A stretch of DNA of 62,783 bases, filler included, from Sphacelaria rigidula (taxonomy: Eukaryota): assembly GCA_964200075.2 (NCBI GenBank). It is 7 parts of 7 records of this genome, joined end to end, with 100 filler letters (N's around TTAATTAATTAA, not from the genome) between each part and the next. Parts side by side here need not be neighbours in the genome. Positions count along the whole stretch, not along the records: positions 44,919 to 53,801 come from CAXNAA020009844.1; positions 53,902 to 62,783 come from CAXNAA020009845.1; 5 more parts are not named here. The stretch is one strand, 5' to 3'. Position numbers and translations under genes: made by a program. The notes below the pieces were generated by a model. That model saw only the letters and a list, made by a program, of their open reading frames with translations. It searched no databases and had not been told where the DNA came from. Of the stretch, positions 50,951 through 62,783 are shown in pieces (within the stretch, counting starts at the first letter, position 1; each line of letters begins with the position of its first letter).

Positions 50951-53801
50951 CTGAAGAGAACGTATTTCCGGCACAAAAGGGGTTGGCGGTTAGGAACATG
51001 AGCACCTCGTCATCGTCAGTGTGTGGCACGTTGGGCGATCCGTGTGTGACCCCTGGCCCTTCACTGCGGCGGTGAGTACTCATCTATGAATGTATATTAT
51101 GTTACTTGGGCTGTGCATAGTTCGCGACTCTGCGAGAAATAGCAACAAAAAACGCGGCGCTCGTTTAGCTTGTAGTACTCACCTCGTCGCCTGCTGTGCC
51201 GTTTCCACACTTGAGATGTGTTTGCGCCACGCGGATGAAGTTAGCCAGGGAGTGAATAACCCCATCAGTGGCGCGGCCGTAGATCCGGTCGTGTCTGCTC
51301 GAGATTGGGTGGGGACGCCGGAATTGTCTTCTCTGTGACTCTCCTGTGTGATGTGTATGTCCTGTTCTGGTGCTCCTGCCGCTGAGAGCGCCCGTGCGTA
51401 CCTCTCCCCTACAATGTGCTAGCAGGGTTCGCAGCGTGGTAGGTGGACGTTTTGTGGCCTGCTGTGGCCGCTTCGTTTTATATTTAGTTCTTTGTTCACG
51501 CAAATCCTGATCGTTAACAGGGGTGTTCTATTCATTTCCGCAGTGAGCGGGTTCGGCGGAAAACAGAAATATATTTGATGTTCTCGCATTGTACCCGTGA
51601 GGATGCCATGGCGGGTCACTTGCTTCGTCGGTGTCAAAATATGCTTGAAAAACAAAATGCGTCATCCACATGGACTACCGGTACCGCGGTCCAGGGGTTA
51701 ACAACCTTTAGTAGACAGCGACAGGACGTCATCTTGACTCGGCATCCATTTTACTCGCATAACATGTGTGTGATCCAAATAGGCTAGACTACGACGACGG
51801 TAGGTCACGTGCTGAATCGGCATCAATTTTACTTGAAAAAATAATGTGATAAAACACGGGCTACCCGCACATCGCGGTCTAAGGATAAAGCGTGACGTTT
51901 ATGCCCATTTCGTGGTCTGTATTTACCCGCAAATCGCTACATGAGCGACTTGTTGTGGGCGTCTGTAGGATGTGGGGAGGCGAGATGCTAGGGTAGCGGT
52001 TGCCCTTTTGTGCCGCGATTTTTGTCGCGTCTCCTCTCGTTGTTGGAGGAAGTATTTCGTTGATCGGTTTCATTTTTACGTCATGGAATAGTTAAAGTGA
52101 TGGACGATCACCAAACGTTCCCTCCGCGCAAACACCATGCTTGTGTGCTTCAGGTCACTGGTCGTGTGGGTTGCGCGGGAAGATCCACATATTTGTGTGA
52201 CCGTAATAATCTGCAAGAGGGCAGGACGACCCGCCTGCAGTACCGTCGACCGTGGATGCCTTGCGGGCTCAACGGATACGTCTTGTCCTGGAGGGGGCGG
52301 GGCGAGGCTTGCGAAACATGGAGAGGGCACGCCGCGAGGCCTTGGGGCTAAGCGGCGGATCAAAAACCGCCGCCGGCTCCCCCAACCACAGTTCCCATGC
52401 ATCGAAAGCGCCACCAGTGCGGGTTCGCGAGGGGTTACGCGAGTGGGATCAAAACACGCTGCCAAAGTGAGTCAGATGTTCGCAGTTTTGCAAGAGTCGA
52501 AATGTCAGCCTCTGATAGAGGGTGGGTGGGGGGCAGGGTCCCTAGCTTGTTGCCAGTGCCTCGTGCATAGGTGGTGAGGAGGCCAAACGTTTGAATATCA
52601 CTTGGGGAGATGTTGCAATGACGAGTACCGCAGCCTGTGCATACTTTCGTTGAAATAAAAAGCTTGAAACCGGGTTCCAACCCTTTGGACCGCGATGCCG
52701 TTGGCGTGGTCATAGACCCTTCCGTTGAAAGGGTTTTCCCATAGACCATCGTGTTCAAACTTGGTATCTTTCTTTCTTTTTAGGTGAGACTGATGCCGAT
52801 TCGAGAGGTGACGTCCCGTTTCTGAAAGCACCCATCACATGTATGTGGACCTCGGTTGTCCGTTTCGTGGTTTGGTGTGTTGCGCTTTTTCAAATGGCAA
52901 GCGATCGTGATTCATCCGATGATGAAACCCTTTGACCGTCAGGTGAGGTCATCCCATGAGAGGTGTGTCAAACTCGGCGATCCTGCTTGATTGGCGGGTT
53001 CGTTCAGGAACTCATGGGTGGCGACTTTGGGGTAACTCGATGGAGATCCCGAAAGGGCATCGAGGCCTCTCCAAATGGATCTTCGAAAAAGATTCATGTG
53101 GATATATGTCGTCGGTGAATCACGTTGCCCCCACCAGAACCCTTCATCAATTTTGAAGCTGCAGTCAATTGCGTGCGGACTCGGTATGGATGTATGTGCT
53201 GTATGTCTTTACTAGATAGCGCTGCAAGATAGAGGACAATACAAGTGTACCATCGCTTTCCACCAAACACAATTTACTGCTTGCTGCTGATGCCTCTACT
53301 TCGTGCTGAACAACGGCACTGCATACAGTGTGAAGCACCGCCTGCAGGACATCAGGGATCACGCAGGCGGCGTAGACCACCAGCAGAGTACAAGAAAAGT
53401 TCATTCTTTACCCATGTACTTTATGGCTGATTTCCCATGACCAAAATGCAGTAATGTGGACTGTGGATCAGGCTGAAATGTGGCGCTGTGAGTCAACTGG
53501 AGTGTGGTCTATCATGTGTTTGAGGTACGTTGGCTAGTTGTATTTTCGATCATGGGAAGTTATGCTTTTATGGGCTTGATAAGGTTGATACGCAACCCCC
53601 TTGCCCCACTCCACCTACTCCACCTACTCCACCATCTCCGCCTTTCTCCACCTTGCTCCCCTCGACTTCAGCTCCTTGCTCCATTTTTCTACTCCTGCTT
53701 CCACCGTCATATTACGGGTTTCAGCAGTTAGTGAGTTTGTTGTGTTGAGCTTCGTGTGTTGATTTCCAGGGTGATTGAGCATATTTGGCGTCGAGCATAT
53801 C

Positions 53802-53901
53802 NNNNNNNNNNNNNNNNNNNNNNNNNNNNNNNNNNNNNNNNNNNNTTAATTAATTAANNNNNNNNNNNNNNNNNNNNNNNNNNNNNNNNNNNNNNNNNNN
53901 N
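53802..53901. other. artificial contig linker
   Basis: N44-TTAATTAATTAA-N44. Confidence 0.97.
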
Positions 53902-53913
53902 AACTGAGTGCGA

Positions 53914-54005
53914 GCCTGGTCCGGCGAAAACCCGGTGTGCCCCGTCCCGGCTTTGTAGGGATGCGAGGTCAATGGTCTTACGGCTATGGCATGCATGATC
54001 ATGAG
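53914..54005 (+). repeat. interspersed repeat family B
   Basis: near-identical to 21545-21637. Confidence 0.85.
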
Positions 54006-54227
54006 CTCACCCCACCCGCCCCTCCTCCCCGGGAATGAAGTCAGCGTACCCCATCCCCGAACAATCTCAGCGGGAAGGAGGTGTTACCCGACGTGTAAGT
54101 CATTTGTGGCCGGACGGCAATGAATCTGAACACGTGACCGGTACCGAGAGAAAGCCTACAACCTACGTTAACTCGTTAAACTGTACGTTCTTCTTCGTGA
54201 TATTACAGACACCCCGAGGAAGATATT

Positions 54228-54444
54228 TGTAATGCGTGAGAGAGCCGGGTGCTTAGAGGACCGCGCCTTAGTCCGAAACACCCCAGGACCGACGTTTTTC
54301 GAAACCAATCGGGCCAGTCCCTGCAGGGACCACGCGCCTGACCCTAACCCTAACCCCAACACTAACCCTAACCCTAACCCTTACCATAGGGATGTTCAAA
54401 TTCCAATGCGGTCCTCTAAGCACGCGGTCCTCTCACGCATTACA
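54228..54444. mobile_element. MITE with TGT...ACA termini carrying (CCCTAA)n
   Basis: TGTAATGCGTGAGAG ... CTCTCACGCATTACA; inverted sibling at 54971-55147. Confidence 0.8.
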
Positions 54445-54970
54445 ATGTTGTCCCATCTCCTCCTTACGTTCATGCTGGGATCATGATCTGCCGTCAGGGC
54501 CTGTTGTATATACGAATGGCGATGCTACAGAACACGCAAGTGGTCGATGGAACGTATGCACCCTACTTGCTGATTCGAGACCACCCGGGATGGGGGGATG
54601 TACTCGTGATGTTTCATGCCGTACAGTAGTCATATGACCATTGACCTCGCATCCCTGCAAAGCCGGGACGGAGCACGCCGGGTTTTCGTCGGACTGGGCT
54701 CGCAATCAATCGCCAGGCCCGAAGCGCCCTGATGTGTTCGGCGAGTAGCATGAAGGGTGAGCTGCATCCTGCTACGATTGTTCGACCCGAAGCGTACTGA
54801 TTATCTTGCATTTTGGTGACAGCCTACAATGAGTTGCTTCATTTTCTGGAACTGCCACTTCCAGCGACAGCCACGGCTTGCACACTGCCTCATGGGTATC
54901 TCACCATTGAAACACTACGTGGTACGATCATTCCCTTTGCGCGGAGTTGAGGTTTCCCCACCCCGCATAC

Positions 54971-55147
54971 TGCAATGCGTGAGAGGACCGCATCGAAATT
55001 TGAACATCCCTATGGTTGGGGTTGGGGTTAGGGTCAGGGGCTTTTCACCTCCAGGGACTGACCCGATTGGTTTTGAAAGACATCGATCGTGAGTTGTTTT
55101 GAACTACGGCGCGGTCCTCAAAGCACGCGGTCCTCTCACGCATTACA
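54971..55147. mobile_element. MITE of the same family, opposite orientation, ATAC target duplication
   Basis: ATAC|TGCAATGCGTGAGAGGACCGC ... GCGGTCCTCTCACGCATTACA|ATAC. Confidence 0.8.
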
Positions 55148-55249
55148 ATACTATAATCTAGCTCGACCACCGTCCTGGTTACTGCACAAAAAACGTGAGC
55201 GCAACAACAACCGGTAAGCTGATCACCTATATAGCTTAGGCAGAGAGTA

Positions 55250-55359
55250 CACGGGTGGCCACTGGGGTTCCTGCAACCTTCAATTTGGACGTTACAGGCG
55301 TTGCACAAGGTCTGTAACGTCCAAATTTGAGGTTACAGGCACCCCAGTGGCCACTCGTG
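55250..55359. mobile_element. 110-bp palindromic MITE with TA TSD
   Basis: TA|CACGGGTGGCCACTGGGG ... CCCCAGTGGCCACTCGTG|TA. Confidence 0.8.
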
Positions 55360-56840
55360 TAACGTGTTTTACAGCGTCATCGCCAACCAACGCCAACCCC
55401 AAAGGGGGTCCGCCCCTACAAAGCCGGGACGGAGCACGCCGAGCTTTCGCCGGACCAGGCTGGGGGGGGGCGGGGGGCATCACCGATTAACTGAGAGAAC
55501 ATCGATCAACCGGCCGCTAGCCAGTTCACAGCAGTCTCAAAGATTGGCCATATAGAAGTTGGCAGCTGAAATGAATTGGGGTTTTTTGTCATTTTTTCGT
55601 GATCGGCGATTTTCAACAATGTTTTCGCGCGCCACCGCTCATCTCAGTGAACGTTTGGTCCAAAGTTCGGGGATCGAGAGTTGGTAGGTGTCCACTCTAC
55701 ATTCCGAAACAAAATAATCTCTACACTGAATATTGAACGGCTTACGGGCTGACCGGTTCTCGGGGGTCTCGCGACTACCCAGCCCCAGGTTGTGACCCTT
55801 GGGTATTTTTGCCCGATTGAAGCAATCCCGCTGATTCGCGTGAACAAATGAAAATGAGCGGTCTTTCGAATTTCCACCTATTCATTGTGCTAAAGCTGAA
55901 AAACTGTGTTTTTTGGCCCAGTGACGGTCCATAGCACCTCCGTGATAAACAAGGTACTTACTCCGAATCACCACCCCGACAACACCAATTGATTGAGGAT
56001 TGTACCCTGGGCGCGATCTGCTTCTTTCCGCAACATTTGTCAACTCAATCCGTAAGTCGTTCAACAATGAGCGCAGAGACAATTCTTGTTTCATAATGTG
56101 GAGCGGATGCTCAGTGTCTCTCGATCCCCAAACTTCGGCATCAAACGTTTACTTGGATGAGCGGTGGCATGCGACAACTACTGTTGTTGACAAAATCATC
56201 GACTACGAAAAAGTTACACAATCTCCTAAATCGGCTGTAGACTGTGATACGCTGGATCGCGATCAGTGTCATGGTGATTGAAAAATGATCACGGGACCCA
56301 GATGGCCCGCCTGTCGGCGGCATCATCTTGTGAGAGTGTTGTACAAAATCCTGTGTCAAATTTATTTGGAAGAGGTCCGCAAAGTGCGTTTGTCCGTCAC
56401 CCCGGCATCGCTTCTGAGCACAAAAATAATAGGAGAATCCTCCAAAACGGGAACACAGTATACAGTCTTCGCAACTCTCCATGGCACCTCCGTGGCACCT
56501 CCGTAATTTTTTATTTCCGGAACACATACATGCAGCTCAATGTTGCGCCGTCCAAGGAAGCAAATGAATCGTGAGTCTACACAGAGAAACATGGCATGGA
56601 GGGCAGATTTGCGCCTTGTCACTGTTTCACCGGCCACGGTGTGTTTTATTGGGAGGAGGAATTTCCCAGTATTGAGGTATCTCAAACTCGACGTTCCCGG
56701 CATACTCAACAGATTAGGGTCCCATCGAGACAAGAACAAATAAGAATGAAATGATGATGAGCAACGACATAACGATTCACACTTCCTCGTCAGGGGAAAT
56801 GGCCGGCAGACTGGAAAACCGGCGCGAGACAAAGTTACTT

Positions 56841-56952
56841 CACGGGTGGCCACTGGGGTGTGCCTGTAACCTCAAATTTGAACTTTACAGACCTTGTGAA
56901 ACGTCTGTAACGTCCAAATTAGAGGTTGCAGGAACCCCAGTGGCCACCCGTG
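56841..56952. mobile_element. second copy of the 110-bp palindromic MITE, inverted
   Basis: CACGGGTGGCCACTGGGG ... CCCCAGTGGCCACCCGTG. Confidence 0.78.
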
Positions 56953-59900
56953 GTTGATAACTATCAATCAGATTGTCCCATTCCACTTGTTGGGAATCAT
57001 CAAGAGATGCGTCTATCAGCTTGTGTTCGTGCGATGTATTTTCGCTACCAAGCATGCCCGTGGACACATGTTCCATCACAATACATACAGATAACAATAG
57101 TCGTAGAGTGCCCCAACGCGTAGCACCAGCCAAACAGAGCGCCACAGCAGCGGGCAGCGCCTTGTTCGTTTTAGGGAAGACGAAACAGCCAACAGACCAT
57201 GAAGTTTCCAACAGTGAGGGTGCAGATAGCACTGCCTGCCGACGAATATTATTTTCTACAGAGACGAACACAACGATGATATCGCAGCTCAGGCGAACCG
57301 AACCATCTTCGCAATGCGTTTAAACACACCGCAGTACAGTGATAGACCCAGCGCATTAGAGAGGGCGTGAGTGCGCTTGCGCTGCGGTACAGTGGAACAG
57401 GACATGTCCCATGCTTCAGTCCTTCGTTTTAGTCCTTCGCCTGACTTCGAACAGGTCCTCAATTTTGGGTGGGTGCCGAATTTGAAGGCTCGACCATATT
57501 ATTTGCGCTTCTTGCCATCCAGATTGAGTTGACCTTATCTGTGTGTGGGAGGCCTGGCGCATGTTACGGACCTCGGCCGCTAATTTAATAACGCGAATTA
57601 TGTCTCGGTGTATCGTACATTTGCCAAATCGCCTGCGTTTCCTACCGAACAGACCAGGGGTACCCAGCAGAGCGGCTCACGCGCAAGGTACATGGGCATT
57701 GTCGCACGGTCGAAACGCGGACAGCCTCCGGCATGAAGAAGAGAAACAGCATGCAGCAGCAGCAACAGCAGTACCTTGGGGTTGGGGTTGGGGCTGAATA
57801 ACCGGGTGCCGAAAGTGCTGCTGCTCTTCCTGCTGCGAAAGACGGTCCGCGTTTCGAAAGTGTGACAATCCCAATGCACCTTGCGCATATGATGCTACCT
57901 CACTGAGAATCTCTGGTCCGTACTACTCACCGATGGGCCAATCTTGCTCATTCAGCGAAACGCTGGGGATATAGCTGTGCCGGCCTCTTTTTGGAGCTAT
58001 GCATCTGTGCATATCGGCGGTGTGTTCTACTCGTGGCTACCCGTTCGCATCTGTGCACGTAATCCTTGTCACGATGTTTTGCCTCTAGATTATCAGAACG
58101 GCGTATGATTTCTCTTGATTTCGAAGTTTTGTGAATCGTCAAATCGTCTGAACTCTCACGAACTCACCCTCACTGATTCCGCTCTTGAACATCCGTTGCT
58201 GCTTTCAACGACGATTTGAAGTGAAATTTCGCGGAGGAAATGCAGAAATGGCCCCATATACCGCCCCCTTGCCGTAGAATGAGAAGAAGGTGTTCCTCCA
58301 TCTACATTCGGCATGGAGGCCAACACCATGACGCATAGCACGCGACTTGTTTGTCTCAAAATATCGACCGCGACCATATTATCTATACTGTCACAGTGAT
58401 GGCACCTCAGGCAGCTCAGTCACCATGTAGGTCACGAACAATGGCATACTCACAGTATGATGTATTTCCAACCAAACAAACCATCAACAGGTTACAAAGT
58501 CCCTTTTTTATCAAAAGGGTACAAAGCCTTTTCTATCAAGAGGTTGCCAAGCTCTTCTTCCAGCGTTTCTTAAGATGGCGTTTGAATTTGTCAATGGCGG
58601 CAATTTCTTGATATATTCAATTATGAATGACTTGAAAAAATGGTGTGTGAATATTTTTTGCATCTATAACCCATATTGTACCCGTGACTTCATGTCGAGA
58701 GGCGAGCCCAAGCCCAAACCCGAGCCCCGGTTGTGAATGCGCTTGCCGACATTACATCTTGTACCAGCATTTCTCGGATTAGTTTCAGTTTTGTGACAGG
58801 GCATGGAATCAGCAGCCAATTTTTGGATCAACAGCCGCTTACATATACATGTAACTCAAGTCGGTCTCGCTGACTGAATAACAGATGAGGTTGTACAGGA
58901 TAAATCAACCACGCAGTGGGTTTGAGTGAATGGAAATCTAAATGGAGACGCAGAAACCATAGCACGCACAAGACACACTGGACCAGTGCTTCAGACAGGC
59001 TGCAGGCCGTTTGTGCGGCAACCTGCCGCGGTTGGTGCGCACCTGAAGCCTGGGGACCTGTGCGGCCGCCGACGGAGGCGAAATTTGGGAATAATATATG
59101 CACAATTTCACTGGAAAATCTGTTGAAAAGACAAGTGCGCAACGTACTATAATAGGTTTGTATCATCCCTTGCTGCTGTTTTCGATCATACGAAACACTC
59201 TGCTCGTATTTCTCACTCAATCTTACGGCGAGAAGTCGCCAAAAATTGTTTTCTCGCGTCTGAGGTCGCGTATGGCGAACGAACAAAGGAATATATCCTC
59301 CTGTCAAAGTACTATTTTGGTCCTTCTGCGTCGTTTCACGCCCTATACTTACAAGGAGGAGGTGAATGCCGGCACCTTGGAATGCCTCGCTATACTCGTT
59401 GAGACGGTTCTACGACCCCTCAGCGTGTTCCTGTCGCCCCAGTTTCTATTTTATCCAAGTCTGGTTTTTCTTGTGCAAACGGTGAATAAACGGTCGAAGT
59501 CCACGGTGGATAAACGGTCAAGTACATGAAAGACATTGTCCTGCAGCCATCTTCTATTACTGTAGGATGTATAACTCGAGAAGGACAAAATAAACGCAGT
59601 TCTACAGGATCTTGTGTTTGCTTGCCGCAAGAAGCGACCTGAGACGTCGTTTTGCGTCGTAAAAGAGCGCCAGGCGGATGCTGACACTCGGGATGCCTGT
59701 TCTGTTATATACTGGTCGAGACGATTCCAAGATCCCTCCGCGTTCTCCGGTGCGGCCGACGTTTTTTTCGTCAAACTTGCGCTTTTGTCCAAGAACGGTC
59801 AAGTTTGCCAGTTATTTCTTCTGAACTTGATCGCTCTTCGACAAAGAAAACGCAAGTTTGATTCCCCGACAAAACTACGGCAACCGAAAAACGCAAAGGT

Positions 59901-62595
59901 TTCCTCGACCCGTCTCAGCGAGTGAGTGCAGCAAGGCATTCCAAGGTGTCAACATCCGCCTATAGCCTTCTTTTGGGGGGGTGTAAAACGACGCAGAAGA
60001 ATTAAACCTGCCGGCCAGAAAAGTGCAGGTGGTTGTCTTTTCGCCTGCATCGATTAGGATCATGCCGCACATTTTTTTTCGCCTGGGGCAAACATATGTG
60101 CTCTGCAAAATTGCCGAATGCGCAAAGTCGCATCTCACCACATGGCAATCAATCTGTGGGCTTATGCTCACTTTCACTCGATCCAGCTCAGGTGGAGCCG
60201 GAGCAGCACAATATTCGCAGGACTGCACCGAATCAAAACAACTCTCTTCCCCGACTACGTCAAACCCAACTTTACTAGTCAAGTCCATCTGTCTCACGTT
60301 TTCATACAACAGGTCTTCCCGCAACAACGAAGAGAGCTTTCATGTTTTTCTCTCCGCCACGGCTTTTTGCATGTGACTACTACATTATGCAGCTGGATAC
60401 TGATACTACATTATTATACAAAGCTCAACAAATCGGTTCACATACATCTCATATACCGTATATTGCCTTAGTCCACGGTATGTTCAAATAATGACGATTG
60501 TTGTTTATGTACCGGGAACGTGAAGTTTGAGACGCCCCAAATAAGGGCTCATCTAAGGGGACCAAGATGAGCAGCGAAGAACAAAGCAAGCGTCCTGGAG
60601 CAATATGCGGCGATTGGTCGCCGCTGGTCCGCGACATCACGTGGCGGGGTGATATACCACAGCGACCAGTCTACATCCTACTTTTTGGGAGCGCTTGCTT
60701 CTTTTTTTTCTGATCCCATCAAAGGGTCATGACGCAATAGCTGTAATAATGCTATAACCTTTCGGCCCGGTCAAACTTGGCCCTAACTACACTGTACTCT
60801 CTATACCGCACTCCCTGTACCGTACTTACCTCGATCTGTATCGTTGTAAATTGGCAAGTAAGTCCCAATATCCACACTGGAAGTCACGTTTCCAGAGTCC
60901 GAGTCATCGCGGTCGCCATACTCAGTCCATTTAGATGAAGACTCGTCATAGCTGACCCATTCTCCATCAGAAGCACTCGAGCCTCCACTTCCTCCATCTC
61001 CCGAATATGTTGATTGAGACAATGACATGGTACAAATTCTCTGCGTAAAGACTCACTTCCAGTTTTACTGCTGTAACAAGTACAACCTCTGACCGTGAAG
61101 AGATGTGCGCAAAAATGAAAAATGTCGCGACAAGGCCACGAATTTTCATGGCGTTTTTCTTAGATCAACCATTCCGGTTGCTGTTCCCGTTTGTCAATCT
61201 CCTTGCTGCATGATGAGGGTAATCATTTCGGAATTGCTTTCCGTTCATTTGTCTAGTAAATTGGCGAAATGAGTACAGTCAGTGCGAGAAAATGGTTGTA
61301 CTCGTACGGTATTTATTCACAAGGGCAGAAAAGAACGTCACCTCCATCCACAACGAGAGTGCTGTTTCACCTTTCCCCAAAATGCCGCAAGTGAAACAAC
61401 ACCCCTTTCACTTCGCCGTGGCCGCCGCTGTGTTTGTAGTGAACGATATACTCACACTGCAGGGGAAAGGCGGCGCAGAACTGCTAGATACGACTGAAAC
61501 ATTGGCTTGCAGCAGCGCAGTACTCGAAAGAGGGATGGGCTTCCCTGCATTGGTCGACAATTTCCATAAATACGTCGATGTCATTTAATTTGGTAGGTCC
61601 GCGGGGGCATTGGGCATCCCCCCGGCGATGAACACGGTTGACAGTTGATCCTTCAAATTTTGTATGCTAAAATGAATGGCAACATGATATATGCGATTGA
61701 CTACTCGCAGTCTATTGCCGTCGGTAATGACTCAAGTGTTGGATATTTCTCTCGCCACGGTATCGTGTGTTTGTCAATGGACAGCTTGCGACACTGCAGC
61801 CGGCAATGCCCATTGACAGACAGCTGTGATGACATCAATTATTGCATACGAAAATGCTCTTCAGTGGCCGACCTCTTGTCACCTAGCAAGGGTTGTAACC
61901 CTCCTGGGACCAGGGTCGACTAACCGGAGGTCAGGGCCTTTTTATGTGAATCGGCGTCATTGATTGTCGCTTGAACGACTGGAAATGATGCTCGTTCACA
62001 ACTGGTCCCTGCGTGCAAACCAGGCCGGATTCACCCCTTCTTAGTGAGTAGTACAGTAGGAGTCCCGTACCCAACGGGCGTTCTTTTCCGACTTTTCGGA
62101 CTCTTGCGAGAAGAAAATCCTCCCCGAAAAATGTGGCAACAGCTTTATCAACCAGGTGAAGGAATGGAACAAATAATTCACGGCTGACTTTACAGATTAC
62201 TTGGAAAATTCAGCGTAGGTTATTTTATTTCAGCATTTACTTCAAACCAGAAAAAAATCCGAAAAAAAGTCGAAGAAATCTGGAAAAAAGTCCTACCGTC
62301 ATGACAAGGCTAATGCTAGCACCACCCAATGTAATTCAGCACACGCAGCAGCGTGAGTACGGAACATTAGATTGTTCTGCCGAAACAAGATCCAGAGATC
62401 AATACCACGCCTTCACCGCACAAGGAGAAACGTCTGATCCAGAGATCTGCACAGCATCACGCGGAACGACAAATGACACTCACTCGTCCAAATATCAAGA
62501 AGATGTGTTTTCAGATACTGTATCTGCATGAAAGGGCGACACAGATATCCAAATGGTCGGAACGATGTGCGAATACATATTATCATTATACGAAG

Positions 62596-62634
<39 letters not shown>
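62596..62634. repeat. (ACA)n microsatellite
   Basis: about 12 units directly visible. Confidence 0.9.
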
Positions 62635-62741
62635 GTCGAAGTATATATCAAGTATATCTCAAACTCGAGGCTCCTGATATACTTTCACTATAAATTAGAG
62701 GCAAATATACGATGCATCGGGAGAGAATTTACTGTTCGAGA

Positions 62742-62783
62742 CCGGTCGCCCCGGTGGCTTAGTTGGTAACCTCGAAACCTTCT
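62742..62783 (+). mobile_element. SINE family A head, cut by window end
   Basis: CCGGTCGCCCCGGTGGCTTAGTTGGTAACCTCG matches the head of the 36819 copy. Confidence 0.75.

Noticed and set aside
54341..54382. Telomere
   Set aside because: Only about 6 imperfect CCCTAA units, internal to a TIR-bounded element.
58900..59300. piggyBac C-terminal Cys-rich domain on the minus strand
   Set aside because: Cys spacing only works by mixing frames; no catalytic-domain motifs or TTAA-flanked ends found.

Overview
Eukaryotic nuclear DNA, most consistent with a brown alga or other stramenopile (short exons in 0.3-1.7 kb GT-AG introns, abundant tRNA-headed SINEs with CA tails); the taxon is an inference. The window is not one locus. 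It is seven size-sorted contigs (8884, 8884, 8884, 8883, 8883, 8883, 8882 bp) joined by 100-bp N44-TTAATTAATTAA-N44 linkers, so adjacency across linkers is meaningless. Supported genes: (i) eight phase-compatible internal exons of a CSC1/OSCA/TMEM63-family channel (442-8744, +, about 431 aa) with a long cytosolic insertion; (ii) the last two exons of an SCO1/SenC copper chaperone (36235-37825, +); (iii) a convergent coiled-coil/poly-Gln gene of unknown function (38528-41823, -); (iv) weaker exon candidates in contig 4 and a 329-aa low-complexity ORF in contig 2. The rest is mostly transposon-derived: a SINE family (5 pieces), several MITE families with TIRs and TSDs, a probable hAT relic with nested insertions, and a decayed intron-poor region with repeated domains in contig 6. 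I found no well-supported novel biological system. The best leads are the contig-6 relic, the small mobile-element families and the OSCA insertion.
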